A stretch of 64,000 bases of DNA from a virus (IMGVR_UViG_3300025770_000012:20948-84947); one strand, 5' to 3'; positions 10,201 to 21,222 are shown, counted from the stretch's first letter. Numbers and translations are program-made. The notes: a model not told the origin generated them from the sequence alone.

Positions 10201-13200
10201 GCTCCTGACTTAGCTACCATCTCATGTGGTACAACTACTGTTGCCCCCATACTCTCTGGTAAGAAATCAGCTACTTTGATAAACTCTACAGAATTCAATC
10301 CCTCAGTAGGGATACGGAATCCTACTAGTTCTCTAGCAGCATCAGTTAAGTCTTCAATTCTAACTTCTCCTTCTCCAAAGTGCTTACGCATGTAGTGAGG
10401 TAAGTAAACTTCCATAGCTGTTACAGTTTTACCATCTTTCTCGAAATCATAAAAACGTAATGTTCTATACCCTGGTAAATCTACTGTATCTTGCTTTCTA
10501 GCTTTTAAAGTAAACCCTACATCAGGTTGAAGTACAGCCATAGTACCATTGATCTTTCTAGCTATAACCGCATTGGTTACTATTGAATATAGAAGATCAT
10601 CTAATTTTTGTTTATTGGCTAGCGAGTTTGTATATGAAAGATCCCCAGCAAATAACTCTTCAACTGTATCCTTCATATGCTCCGGATTCTCTCTCTTAGA
10701 AAGTTCTTCAAGGAGAGCATTTTTCATAGACGGCTTAGATTTTCCTGGGATGGCCTCATATCCTTCTTGAGTTCTAATGAATCCTAACTTAGCCGCTAAT
10801 GATGCTTTATCCTTTTCTATCATCGCACTATGGATGGCATGGAACTGCTCATCCAAAGCTTTAAACTCTGGTCCGTAATTTTCAGTATTTAATACCCCGT
10901 CTACAAAGACATTCATAAGAGCCATACTTGCAGACTGTGTACCTACTCGGACGTTAGTCTTATTCTTTAAAGTAGGATCTAACTGCACACCAAAGTATTC
11001 AAGATCGAATTCTTGTTGGTATGAGCTGTCGGCGGACAGTGGTATGTACTCTCCGGTTTCTGTATTAAATGCAGGCTCAAATTGACCCTTAGCATTAGTC
11101 TTAGCTCCAACCTTAGTACCAGACTCAAACACCATATAGTCAAGATTATTATTAACCATATCATAATAAAGATCATCCATAGCAGTATCCTGACCTTGTT
11201 GTGACACGGTCTTGGATAAATTTGGATGTACTGGGTATAAAGCGAATTTGTTGAAGATATTGACTCGCATACCTCCTACTACAGAAGGTGCAAATACTTG
11301 TGGCTTCAATGGTGGAAACAGCGCTAACTCTGAAGGATGTACCTGCTCTCCGGCAATGATCTTTCTATATGCCTGCTCCTGCTTATCACTCCAGTTATCT
11401 GTTAAGAACAATGTACTCCGATAAAAGTCAAACGTAACTAAACCTCCACCATCAAAGATTTCCATATTAGAATATGCTTTAGACACAGAATCTACAAGAT
11501 CCTCACGGCCTAATTCTACAAGTCTGTTTATGTACTTATCTAAATATGGAGACTTCCCAATAACATGTTCCTTTCTAGTAACGAATCTAACAGTTGGAGT
11601 ATGATCCTTCTTCGTACCCATATTAGGCATGTTATTATTCATCCACTCTAGTATACCTTGTGTGTATGTTGGATACTTCTTAACACCCACCATACCCGAT
11701 GTTCTCTTGAACACATCTTTATAAAGTGCAGGACTACCTAAGAACAATCTATGTTGCTCTACTATTCCAATCAACTGATTGTTAGCTAATTTAGTAGCTA
11801 CCCTATTTATAACCGCAGAAGATACTCTACCGTTATCTGTAAACGCAGCTGATCTTTCTCTCTCCGGCAGTGACTCATATGCCTCGTCTATGTGAGTATT
11901 ATCAATACCAATGTTATTATATCCACCCTTTGCTCCTTTGCTAATAAAGCCATACTTAGTTAGTAAGTCTAAAGCCTCCTTTTCTTTTTTAGCTAAGAAA
12001 GCCAGTATTTCTATTTGGGCATCTTTTCCGTATACTGCATCTAACAGTTTAGGATCTGTTTCTGATAATTTACCATTTCCAATATGGAATAGAGCCAATT
12101 TCTGAATCCGTGGAAAGGCTACAGGGTCACCAAAGAACTGTAGTTTCTGCCCGTTCTTTTTTAATTCTGGAATTTGTTGAATCTCTTTATTATTAGCGAT
12201 TGAGTTAGCCATTAAGATTTCACCCAAAAGCAGGTCTTGTAAATACTTACGCATTTCCGGTAAAGACCTATGCTTATTATGGCCTATCTGCAAGGCCTTT
12301 TCCATCTTCTTATTTCCTGTTCGAATCAATGGAACAAAACCCTCTAAAATAGAAGCTACATGCTCTAACGCAATATTGGCCTTGGTAGTCCTAGAAATAT
12401 CATGCCCCACTCCTCTATGTATATCCTTACCTCCCTCAATGGTCCTTATATTCATCACAGGCTCCGAGAGATATAATGACCCTCGCATCCAAGGTGATTC
12501 TTTTAATAAAGCCTCTGCCTCTTCTTCGGTGCTATTCAGTTTGTCAGCTAGTATATTAATATAGCTTTTACGAGTAATACCGAACACCACTTTATTCATA
12601 GGATTAACGTGTTGAAGTGTGATAGCTAAATCTGTAGTATCTATCTCGTAGCCTAATAAAGTCTTTAAGTTACCTTCTACCTCTCTACCAAACAAAGAAG
12701 ATACGTCTCCTTCTGATTCTATAATCTCTTTAAATACCCATCCAGCCACTGCTTCAAACCCCTCTAGTCTGCCATTCTCCTGCATCTCAATAATACGAGA
12801 CTTATTGCTATAGTTGATTCCAATAACATCAAGTAATGCTAGCAGCTGTGGGAATGTTAAGTTTGTCTGAGTCCACTGTTTGAATGATTTGTGCTGCATA
12901 AGACCAGACCCACTAGGTATACCAATGCTTCCTTTTTTATCTATATCAAGTACACGTCTACCCCCTTCTATAGTTTTACCCAGTCCTCTTCTAACGTTGT
13001 CTTTGAAGATGCTGTTCCATGAGCGCTTTAATATATTCTCTGCTCTGTCTGTATTAGAATTAGTAAAATATCTACCCGGATTAGTTTCATAACTTGTCTG
13101 GTTAGCCATTAATGTCACATACTCTTCAGAAGCCACATTGAACGTATTCAAAAAGCCCATTAACATGTACATCTGATTAGCGTTTAAATGCTCTACAGAT

Positions 13201-16200
13201 TCTATTCCCTGACGTATACCTAAACGGTCAAGTAAAAACGCGTATGTTTTGTTTTCTTGGGCAAGCCCTTGTAATACATCTACCATGTCTTCCACATTGT
13301 GGACATTAGCTAGATTTTTATACAGAGTATTAATAACTTGACTAAACGTAGCCAACTGATATGTACCCGATCTATTCTTCTTAAACAAAGATTGCCCGTC
13401 CATATCACTAATGGTCTGAGGTAAAGTACCTAGAAGTAATTTAACTCCAGGAGAAACAAGTGTTCTCTGATCAATAGTATTAGCAGCTCTAATTCCAAGA
13501 GTATCTCTGCTCATACCATTCTCTTCTAGTTCCTGATTTAGAACCTCTTCTAAGCTTCTAGTATTTGCATCCAATTTAAATTGCTGCAAGTACTCTATAT
13601 TCTTAGCAATCAGAGACCCCCATTCTGCTTCGAGAACAGTTAAGACCTCCTCAAGTTTCTGATAATCCGTTTTAAGCTGTAATATACTCTTAGCCATAGA
13701 TGCAGGCTTCCCTGCAGCTCGCCAAGTTTGTATCATTGCATTAGTTTTTTCTCTTAAAGCTTTTTTGTCCTGTACAATAGAACTTCTCACGATAGAATAG
13801 ACAGTGCCCTTACTTCCAGGTATGCCGTATAGTTTACCCAGCTTTTTACCCAATGCTTTGGGATCATTTTTAATCCCGAACAGATCTTCAATCTTGATAG
13901 TATCTGTTTTAGACATAACGTCAAATAGCGCCACTGTCATACCACTGCTCAAATCTCGCTGAACTCCCGTAGTAGATTTCTTAGCTCGACTTGCCGCTCC
14001 TGCTCTTCCGTTTAGAGCCTCTTCAACACTGTAGACGGTATAATCCTCAATAGCATTATTATAGTACCCTGTGTGGATCCTATGAAACAAATCTTGTGAT
14101 TGCTTTGCACTATTTAAGAACTTAAATAAGAAACTAAATAACTTCTGAATCCAAGACTTTTCTATATTGTCCCCGACAGTATAGTTACCATCAGCTTGGA
14201 CATATTCACGAAACTCCTCAGCTAACCACTCATCTGCTTCTAAATCTGTAAAGTCTTTAAGATCTTTAACTGCTCCTTTATATGTAGTTGCTTTTCCTTT
14301 TAGACCTCGAACTTCATTGTATAGCTCAGCTCTTTCCTCTGGAGAAAGTAGTTTTAATGTGATTCCGTGGAATGTCTCGTGATAAAGTGTACCGGCGGCA
14401 GCATCTGCAGAAAGAAGTATTTTCTCTGTCTTACTAAAGAATCCCCAATCTGTACCATTGACTAGCCTTCTAACTATTTCAACATCAAAGATAGGATTAC
14501 CATGTTTGTCTTTGGGAACCATCTTCAAGAATTTAGCATATTCTTCCTCGAAGTTCATACGCTGATAGTCATCGGATATAAGAGCAACTCTGCTGCTTCC
14601 TAATGTATCATCATCTTCTTCCTCATCCTCTTCAGGAAGTTCTTCTATGTCGTTCTTTTTAAGATCCTTTTCATCCTTCTTTGCTTCGTCTTCAGTCTTT
14701 TTACCTAGATCTCCCAACTTCTGTTCAGTAGTCTCATATACTGTATACTCAACTACTCCATCCTCATCTACATTTTCTCGAGATGTATATATAGCAGCCA
14801 TTAGCTCTGCAGACATTTCATCAGTTACCCTCTCTAACGCTATAGAGTTTCCCTCTGGTCCTGTTATAGATTCTAAATCAAAGTGAGTTAAACCGTTCTC
14901 ATGGTCAACGTGATTTATAGTGAGTATAATCTCAACACCGCTTGATCCTTGAACGTACCTATATGTCTGTCCTTCCATAACCCCTGAAGGGGCCAGCCCC
15001 TCTACCTTCTCTTCGGCAACTGGAGTTTCTTCGTCAGTTTCGTCGTCGAGAATATCTGCATTTACAGGAACGTTTCTCAACTTTGGGGCTGAAGTTGGGT
15101 CTCCCATCTGAGATAAAGGAGTGGTCTTAACTTGTGAGCCGTAAGTAAGATAAACATTCATAAATTGAGGAACCTCATACGATAAGTTATCTCTACTAGC
15201 AGAGGACACATCTTCTTCCATATTTACTGTAACGGGAACCTCATGAATACTTCTAGATGAAGTTTCATTAAGAGCCTTTTTACCCATTAAGAAATGAGTA
15301 TAGTTATCCCAGACTCTAGTAGTCACTGTAAGATCTGCTCCAACTACGACCTCAGTATACTGCTTATAATTAGGATTAGCATCCTGCTTTTTTAGAAGGG
15401 CTTTTTCTTTATTAGTTAAACGAGCTAGTTTATTTCTAATCTCCGACTCACTTGCAGTTTTATGTTTTTTTCTAGCTGCTATTATCTTCTTGCGAATAGC
15501 CTTCATTACGTCTGAACTAGATTCAGTAGCAATATCTGTTCTTCCTTTGCTTCGTACTTCTTCGTCAGCTTTTAACGCTAGATTATTAACTTGAACATGT
15601 AGATTAGCAATGAATGTTCGAAGCTCCTCATGCATAACAGGGTATGTCTCCTCACTTGCTAATTGAGCAAATGTGATAGACTGGTCTCCGAAATACAAAG
15701 TATCTCCCTTAGTAAAAATAGAAAACGCAGAGTTTTCCCTTCCTGCAGAGTGCTTACCAAAGTATATTAATTCAGTAAGCTGCTTTATAATACTCTTATC
15801 GTAGTTAGGAGGGAATAGAGCGGATGTGGGTGTGAAATCAGCATTCTCAGTCTTAGAGTTCTCCACTTGAGTAGCTAAGAGCTTTAAGAGATGGTACACA
15901 TTACTAGCTATCTGAGGAGGTAGCGTATTCATTTTAAATCTAACTAGGTTATCATCCTTAACTGCATAGAGAAAACCTGCTCTAACAGTGTATTGTCTAC
16001 CCGCAATGGATACCTTATTAGTTTCCTTATTACTACTAATTCTAAGATCAATATTTTTAACATCTTCTTCTCTTTTAACCAGCGTAGTGCCTGCAAATCC
16101 TTTATGGTCATAGTTCAGACCTGGATAAATTTGCATTCCGTGAGATTTACCAGAGATAGGAATATAAGTGTTACCTTCAGATTGAGCTAGTAACTTTCTA

Positions 16201-19200
16201 CGGAAATCTACATGCTGCTCTAGAATAGCTTTAGACTCCTCTGACATCTCGCCAGTAAAAAAGTACTTACCATCAACTTTAAACCCAGGTACAGTTCCAT
16301 TTACTTTCTTAAGATCTGCTCTACCGTATCTATAAACTTGATGAGTCTTACCTTGAAGATCTGCTTGAGGCTTGTACGCCTCACTGCCCATCATACTAGT
16401 ATAAATGACTCTTCCGTTTACTCTTACTGGAACACCGCGTGAATCTACTACTAAAAGAACAAGATCTTCTTGAGATTCATCTCTCAACTCATTTGTACTA
16501 AACTTAGTTGGTTTCCCCTCTTTATTTGTAGCCGCAGAATACCTTGGATCTCCCTTAGCTCGCTTAGCTCCTGGATGATTATAAAAGAGAACATCTGCCC
16601 CAACCTTATTATCAGCATTTGCTAACTGATTATCAAAATCTATAATATTCTGTCTTGTAAGAACAACTAACTTATGATGATTTGCCAAATCATTTCTATT
16701 AGTTTTAGCTGTCCATTCAAAAAATACTTCTTGGTTTATATACGCTTGAAGTTGAGCTTTCTCAAAAGGCTTTAACTCTCGTTGTGTGGCAAGCAACTGC
16801 AATTCTTCTCGCTTAGCACTAGCAACTGCATGGCTTCCTGCAGTTTTACCCATTCCAGTATGTATAATTGCAGGACTATTATAATAAACCTTTGGCTTAG
16901 TTCCCTTTTGATTATCTATGCTCTTCTCAAATTCCTCATCGTCCATCTCTGCCTCCTTATTATTATCTTCATACTTTCCTTTCTCTCTTTCGTCGGGGAT
17001 AGTACTAGCTTCTGGCGTGAGAATATCATCTATAATAGTAGTAACAGTATTAAACTGATCAATTAAGATGTTGTTGGCGGCGACAATTTTCCCTTGAAGG
17101 GTAGTCTGTTTCTGCACCTCCTCAAAAACGGGACTTAGCTCCATTTGTAGCTCTGTCCTAAGTTTTTCAACAGCAGTATTATATCCAAGCAGCATAGCGT
17201 CAACATTGTTAACCATAGCTTCATATGTAGCCCTATTCTGTTCTTCTGTTGCGCTTTTAAATCTAGCATCATAAGACCCATCTGCTTTGAAATGGAGCAT
17301 ACTTCTAAGACTTTCTAAAACAGGTAACGCTTCTTCGTATTTAGTTTTAAGATCTGCAACTCCTGCATCGAGAAGTCGTACAAGCTCCAGAGGAAGCTCA
17401 TCCATAGTAGATGCAAAATGATATACAGCTTGTGCTAGCTTGTTTAGTTTGTCCACATCCTCCTCGGTAGTGAACATCTCAGACAGCAATTCTACATCTT
17501 TGAAAAAGCCATCCCCTACAAACTTTTCTAAAGTTTCAGCTAATGTATTCCACTGTGTTTTTAGATGCTCTTTGATTCTCTCAGCAACATCCTCTCTAGA
17601 CTCTGCTCCTAAAACAACCTCAATCAGCTTATTGACATTATTAAGCTTTTCAACTAAGACAGCTTTATTTACTTCAATACTAGAAATAGCTTGTTCAACC
17701 GCTGCTAGCTCTACTGCCAAGTTTTTAACTTTCTCTGCAAGATCTTTCTTACGTCTCTCACTTACTCGTGAAGAGTTTGCTTTAACTAAATCTTCAGCTA
17801 ACTTCTCTGCTGCTTCAACAGCATTCTTTAGTCGTTGATCTTCTGCTGCTATTTGATTTTCTAATTCTTGTCTAGCCTCGATTGTAGCAATGTCGATAAT
17901 CTCTTGCACCTGAGCCCCAGCACTTATTTCTCTAAGATTCTCTGCCTGTAATAAAAAGCTAAGATTACGTTCTTGATACTCTGTTGTAAACCCATTAGCT
18001 TTTAATAGTTCATTTATCTCCTCAATTCTTTTGCTGGCCTCTCTGTTGCCTTCTAGCTTTTCTAAAGCTCTTAACTCTAAAATAAGCTCCACATTCTCTT
18101 GTGTAGGATATGTGATTAAGAAGTTGTCCTGATCCGAAGTTGGCTTACCCGGTCTTACATAGAACCTATATGTTCCCGTTTTAGGACCAGTCTCTATCTT
18201 AACACCTGCCGTGGTAAGAGCCGTTTTTAAAGAATCTATTTCTGATAGCCCAGAATCTTTTTCACGAAGCGCTAAAGCATCTTTAATAATTTTCTCTTCT
18301 ATACCTGCCTCTTTAGCTCGAGCAAGAAGACCTTCTTTGGTATCCTTATTAATTCTAGTATAATCAAATTCAATTACTTTTCCTTGGTACTTGACGAATA
18401 GACGCTTAAGTCTGAGATCTTTAATGTCTTCAGCATTGTCTGTCGCCGGGTCATGTAACATCTCAGGACGTAACATCCTAGGCTTTGGTACTTTTTTACC
18501 TCTGTGCTCCTGACTTCCTAAACCAAATGCTGCTTCGTTCTCATGGTAATCCATAAGCTCGTTCACCATATCTATCTTTCTGTGACGTCTAGCTCTGACC
18601 TTTCTAAGGTCCTTCATCATAGTCGTTACATTCTTAATATTTTCTGTGTGCGATCCAGGATCGTCATTCTTCCACTTATCTAAAAGAGCTTGCTCTGAGG
18701 CACTTAAATCTGGGTCTAACCCTTCATTTATCGCTTCTAGTAACTCGGTAGTCTTCTTATCTATCGAGTCAAATTCGTCTCCTAAAGTTCTTAGCTTAGC
18801 CCACTTAACTTGCTCTGCTTCAGTGCCTCCAATATTATGACCGTCTTTATCAAAGACAGCAGGTTTAGGAGTTACTGAGTCGTCTTCTTCTAATGCGGTT
18901 ATTTCCTCCTCTAATTCTTTTCTACGCGTGATTAGGTTTAACACCAATTCCTCCATATGTGTAGGATCGGTAAATTCTTTGATGCCAACCATCTTCATGT
19001 AAGCCTTAGCTTCAGGAAGTGCTAATATCTTTGACTTCTGCTTCTTTGTCAGACGGCCCCACAGTCTAGATACTCTAGCTCGAACCCCTATATCTTCTCT
19101 CTTATCTCTTTCTAAACGAGATTCCACATCCATCTCTCCTTCCAGTGTGCTCCCTATGATCTCTTCAATAGCTTGGATCATAGCATCTTCACGAGCATCT

Positions 19201-21209
19201 AAGTTCTTACTAGTTGCCAGCGCGTGTACAATAGCATCTTTAACGTCTTCGTCGTAATTAACAAACGTTCTATTTACTTTGTTAGATGTAGTTTTTATTT
19301 CAGCAGTTCTAGCTTCCATTAAATCTGCCATCTCTGTTTGCTTATTTCTAATCTCTGCATCATTTAAGTCTTGCAGCTCATCCCAAGCAAAGTTTTGTCT
19401 AAACTCTTCAACGGACATATTACGGATAGTTTCAATATCATCTAAAACCTCTTGCTCAAATCCAGCTTTAAGTCTACTGCTTATATAGTTAAAGATGTTA
19501 TCATCTTTAGTATTCTTACCCATGTAAGGGCTATCAATGATCTGAGACAGGTCTGCCTGGTCTAAATTCACACCTCCTCGAACCATACGATCTCTGTATA
19601 GGTTAAGTGATGTAACAGCGTCGGAATTCTCTTTAAGATCTGTAACCAACTGGTCCAACATCTTCTTTTCAAACTGGCCGTCTTTAATGGTACCATACAC
19701 TCCTCCTTGCCATTTAAACCCAGTCTTAGTCTTACCAGTTAGTTTATCTACTACCGCATCTCCTTTAGAATCTGTTTTAACTCCCATACCAGGAAGCCCG
19801 ATAGCTGCTAATAAAATTCCTATACCAATTTCTTTTTGTCCTTCTTTGGAGCCATATGCCTCCCCCATAGCCCCACCAATGTTACTTACTAATTCAGTTG
19901 CCATTCCTAGAGCGGACGGATCTTTTTTACTATGGTACCAATTCTCTGCAGCCTCTTGTCCTGATAGGTCTAATAATTTTTGACCTCCCTCTTCTACAAA
20001 TCCTTCATATAAAGGAGCCTTTAAAACTCTCCAAGCCTGCCTAGTAAATCCTCTTCCTTTACCAACTGATTTATATAAGGCCTTGTAATCTCTTGCCTTA
20101 CCTTTTACACTGTTACCAATTTGCTTTTTAAAACTATTTTTAGTAGCATTAAATCCTTTACCAAAGATTCTAGGGAACATCATATAGTTACCATACCCCA
20201 CAAGAGCAACATTACCTGCAAATACAGCATTAGCACTCTTAGTGGCAATGTCTACCAAATGGGCCATCTCTTCGTCTCCAGGCTGTCTGCCATACTCCTC
20301 TAGAAATGCACCTGTAAGGTTAGTCATAGTCTGATCGTAGTGGTGTCTAGCTTCTACACCAGATTCATACATAGCACCTGTACCTAACTGTCTTAATGTG
20401 GTACGAGCATTAGACCACCTTTTAGCATTCAGAATATCATCTGCAGCTTTACCTGCTCCCTTACTAGTTGCTCCGGCGCCTAAGTACGCTTTTCCTTTAC
20501 TGAGCCCGGAAGCTTTCCCCGCTTTATGAAAAAGCTGTCCTGCCCGTGCTGCAAGTGAAGACGTAGCAGCACCTCTAGTTAAAGCCTCTGATAAAACAGC
20601 ACCTACAACAAAAGATAAACCTTGAGAAAAGTCATTAGCCCAAAAATTAGCTGTCCCCATAGATTGGAAAAAGTTATAGTCCTGTTCTTCTTTAGTATAG
20701 TAATGTGGAAGGGCACCATCCATCCAATCATTGATGCCATCCATGCTTCTCTGAAAGTCATTATCAAAGAAAGATTTGGTTGCATTGTCTCCTTCAGGAC
20801 CATCGAATAGACCTCCTAAGAAAGCACCTCCTCCATAGACTAATCCTACTGTGGATCCCAAGACATTGGTACCAACACGAGTAACTAGTTTAGGTAAAGC
20901 ATATGCCCATTTTTCTCCTGTAGATTGTCCGTAAGCTCTTAAATCATCTGGATCATCTGAAATGAATGAGAAAGGACGATCAATATATTTTGCATACTCA
21001 GCATAATTAACATTCTTAAGCTGTACTCCTGTTGAAGGAGTATACGAAGCTCCTTCCATATCAAAAGGAATAGGCTCCGCAACGGGAGCTTCTTCGGTAC
21101 CTGTTGTATCTATAATACCATCAGACCCAACTTCATTTCCATCCCCAGGCTGAATTAGATCCGAGTTTGATGTTAAATCTGGGCCTCCATGTTGCTTCTT
21201 GTATGTCAT
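7299..21209 (-). CDS. giant virion RNA polymerase polyprotein (N-terminal membrane/coiled-coil region, zincin metallopeptidase, two-barrel RNAP)
   Basis: 4636 aa. Catalytic-type GFRIPTEG...SGADYDIDKL (~10180-10325), FESGTKVGA and YVDGEKDP as in crAss-like vRNAPs; zincin LYHETFH...DEWLAEEF (~14210-14390). Confidence 0.9.
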   Translation of the reverse strand: MTYKKQHGGPDLTSNSDLIQPGDGNEVGSDGIIDTTGTEEAPVAEPIPFDMEGASYTPSTGVQLKNVNYAEYAKYIDRPFSFISDDPDDLRAYGQSTGEKWAYALPKLVTRVGTNVLGSTVGLVYGGGAFLGGLFDGPEGDNATKSFFDNDFQRSMDGINDWMDGALPHYYTKEEQDYNFFQSMGTANFWANDFSQGLSFVVGAVLSEALTRGAATSSLAARAGQLFHKAGKASGLSKGKAYLGAGATSKGAGKAADDILNAKRWSNARTTLRQLGTGAMYESGVEARHHYDQTMTNLTGAFLEEYGRQPGDEEMAHLVDIATKSANAVFAGNVALVGYGNYMMFPRIFGKGFNATKNSFKKQIGNSVKGKARDYKALYKSVGKGRGFTRQAWRVLKAPLYEGFVEEGGQKLLDLSGQEAAENWYHSKKDPSALGMATELVSNIGGAMGEAYGSKEGQKEIGIGILLAAIGLPGMGVKTDSKGDAVVDKLTGKTKTGFKWQGGVYGTIKDGQFEKKMLDQLVTDLKENSDAVTSLNLYRDRMVRGGVNLDQADLSQIIDSPYMGKNTKDDNIFNYISSRLKAGFEQEVLDDIETIRNMSVEEFRQNFAWDELQDLNDAEIRNKQTEMADLMEARTAEIKTTSNKVNRTFVNYDEDVKDAIVHALATSKNLDAREDAMIQAIEEIIGSTLEGEMDVESRLERDKREDIGVRARVSRLWGRLTKKQKSKILALPEAKAYMKMVGIKEFTDPTHMEELVLNLITRRKELEEEITALEEDDSVTPKPAVFDKDGHNIGGTEAEQVKWAKLRTLGDEFDSIDKKTTELLEAINEGLDPDLSASEQALLDKWKNDDPGSHTENIKNVTTMMKDLRKVRARRHRKIDMVNELMDYHENEAAFGLGSQEHRGKKVPKPRMLRPEMLHDPATDNAEDIKDLRLKRLFVKYQGKVIEFDYTRINKDTKEGLLARAKEAGIEEKIIKDALALREKDSGLSEIDSLKTALTTAGVKIETGPKTGTYRFYVRPGKPTSDQDNFLITYPTQENVELILELRALEKLEGNREASKRIEEINELLKANGFTTEYQERNLSFLLQAENLREISAGAQVQEIIDIATIEARQELENQIAAEDQRLKNAVEAAEKLAEDLVKANSSRVSERRKKDLAEKVKNLAVELAAVEQAISSIEVNKAVLVEKLNNVNKLIEVVLGAESREDVAERIKEHLKTQWNTLAETLEKFVGDGFFKDVELLSEMFTTEEDVDKLNKLAQAVYHFASTMDELPLELVRLLDAGVADLKTKYEEALPVLESLRSMLHFKADGSYDARFKSATEEQNRATYEAMVNNVDAMLLGYNTAVEKLRTELQMELSPVFEEVQKQTTLQGKIVAANNILIDQFNTVTTIIDDILTPEASTIPDEREKGKYEDNNKEAEMDDEEFEKSIDNQKGTKPKVYYNSPAIIHTGMGKTAGSHAVASAKREELQLLATQRELKPFEKAQLQAYINQEVFFEWTAKTNRNDLANHHKLVVLTRQNIIDFDNQLANADNKVGADVLFYNHPGAKRAKGDPRYSAATNKEGKPTKFSTNELRDESQEDLVLLVVDSRGVPVRVNGRVIYTSMMGSEAYKPQADLQGKTHQVYRYGRADLKKVNGTVPGFKVDGKYFFTGEMSEESKAILEQHVDFRRKLLAQSEGNTYIPISGKSHGMQIYPGLNYDHKGFAGTTLVKREEDVKNIDLRISSNKETNKVSIAGRQYTVRAGFLYAVKDDNLVRFKMNTLPPQIASNVYHLLKLLATQVENSKTENADFTPTSALFPPNYDKSIIKQLTELIYFGKHSAGRENSAFSIFTKGDTLYFGDQSITFAQLASEETYPVMHEELRTFIANLHVQVNNLALKADEEVRSKGRTDIATESSSDVMKAIRKKIIAARKKHKTASESEIRNKLARLTNKEKALLKKQDANPNYKQYTEVVVGADLTVTTRVWDNYTHFLMGKKALNETSSRSIHEVPVTVNMEEDVSSASRDNLSYEVPQFMNVYLTYGSQVKTTPLSQMGDPTSAPKLRNVPVNADILDDETDEETPVAEEKVEGLAPSGVMEGQTYRYVQGSSGVEIILTINHVDHENGLTHFDLESITGPEGNSIALERVTDEMSAELMAAIYTSRENVDEDGVVEYTVYETTEQKLGDLGKKTEDEAKKDEKDLKKNDIEELPEEDEEEDDDTLGSSRVALISDDYQRMNFEEEYAKFLKMVPKDKHGNPIFDVEIVRRLVNGTDWGFFSKTEKILLSADAAAGTLYHETFHGITLKLLSPEERAELYNEVRGLKGKATTYKGAVKDLKDFTDLEADEWLAEEFREYVQADGNYTVGDNIEKSWIQKLFSFLFKFLNSAKQSQDLFHRIHTGYYNNAIEDYTVYSVEEALNGRAGAASRAKKSTTGVQRDLSSGMTVALFDVMSKTDTIKIEDLFGIKNDPKALGKKLGKLYGIPGSKGTVYSIVRSSIVQDKKALREKTNAMIQTWRAAGKPASMAKSILQLKTDYQKLEEVLTVLEAEWGSLIAKNIEYLQQFKLDANTRSLEEVLNQELEENGMSRDTLGIRAANTIDQRTLVSPGVKLLLGTLPQTISDMDGQSLFKKNRSGTYQLATFSQVINTLYKNLANVHNVEDMVDVLQGLAQENKTYAFLLDRLGIRQGIESVEHLNANQMYMLMGFLNTFNVASEEYVTLMANQTSYETNPGRYFTNSNTDRAENILKRSWNSIFKDNVRRGLGKTIEGGRRVLDIDKKGSIGIPSGSGLMQHKSFKQWTQTNLTFPQLLALLDVIGINYSNKSRIIEMQENGRLEGFEAVAGWVFKEIIESEGDVSSLFGREVEGNLKTLLGYEIDTTDLAITLQHVNPMNKVVFGITRKSYINILADKLNSTEEEAEALLKESPWMRGSLYLSEPVMNIRTIEGGKDIHRGVGHDISRTTKANIALEHVASILEGFVPLIRTGNKKMEKALQIGHNKHRSLPEMRKYLQDLLLGEILMANSIANNKEIQQIPELKKNGQKLQFFGDPVAFPRIQKLALFHIGNGKLSETDPKLLDAVYGKDAQIEILAFLAKKEKEALDLLTKYGFISKGAKGGYNNIGIDNTHIDEAYESLPERERSAAFTDNGRVSSAVINRVATKLANNQLIGIVEQHRLFLGSPALYKDVFKRTSGMVGVKKYPTYTQGILEWMNNNMPNMGTKKDHTPTVRFVTRKEHVIGKSPYLDKYINRLVELGREDLVDSVSKAYSNMEIFDGGGLVTFDFYRSTLFLTDNWSDKQEQAYRKIIAGEQVHPSELALFPPLKPQVFAPSVVGGMRVNIFNKFALYPVHPNLSKTVSQQGQDTAMDDLYYDMVNNNLDYMVFESGTKVGAKTNAKGQFEPAFNTETGEYIPLSADSSYQQEFDLEYFGVQLDPTLKNKTNVRVGTQSASMALMNVFVDGVLNTENYGPEFKALDEQFHAIHSAMIEKDKASLAAKLGFIRTQEGYEAIPGKSKPSMKNALLEELSKRENPEHMKDTVEELFAGDLSYTNSLANKQKLDDLLYSIVTNAVIARKINGTMAVLQPDVGFTLKARKQDTVDLPGYRTLRFYDFEKDGKTVTAMEVYLPHYMRKHFGEGEVRIEDLTDAARELVGFRIPTEGLNSVEFIKVADFLPESMGATVVVPHEMVAKSGADYDIDKLTIYLPNVSRTVLEDGTSKVGLVSRIDNPLELLDRDVNAFRAAAAELFGTDSNSLRDFLLDITAYRDEIDPSEKVVMGIELSTTMVQMGWDNLSDVMQQPSDVVQNMLLENMKNILKHPASFPQLIAPVGAFELKDIAHEIHNAQVAAGIKGVEAEATALFDIFSMDNLITTTYQMHQTLGGTGIIATNMSDLGKSQRAGFGFNQAGEEVDRFGDPMDTTVYNLNFEGLQNETISLSRVKDVNGNYINRSMQQYITAYVDGEKDPFAMYVNAGQSGAAVHVMLIRAGVPLETVLKFMSQPVIQEYYRLKNMQSIASTTSDYAESYSETDVQDQIRKLVGESEGTAALNEMALDRHEESRSGKMVRASDSLLVTNLKDMGKGQKGLQAQIFSDFLRYKEYADLLRKAQKLSSFDTDKIGSGYDLIHLAALGNIVNRKNAFYGLSNKTSRIFGLGQLGSEEGIDKSAPFVSKLQDMYTTAPDYFTQTDLKEAMSTDINGKSINPLKSAMVEMAEDLISEGKSKDEIIYVLRAFDNFVTSWVWQAHQRTDLTKLNESLSEYFQGDNSLPARVLKAKDTFPDNALIQDLISSLQEFTDPTDFDHTIDMMQLFSRKYAPSEIDDLADAWYELSNSGPTGKRLADDIVLFSMMKSGTGFHPTSFFHALPGVEVLDATAPMLKAVHDAISVGGITTSVIQDIKIDFLDNSWDNPRITRHKYSNKSMYKSDEVIYTKEFNDDRVTIKSLRQRGAAKGIASNSNEKYFTVHLEYVGTSEDGYYVYKRRAKKGIMGHLIEVNTDKSIIESNNHPFGRQRLHLTTKIIKQLHESKRDMLHFAYDVNDPKRVKAGTKILPNGTVIHLEHISTSSLRELLNKDEYRIFGVKDEKALKASIAKRSGYKNWADFSKDKYNTSFINGRVKRSFFAVETLETQKLIPSQPKELAPETVSSTLDLQSLRKANNENECE

Positions 21210-21222
21210 ATTCTATATATTA

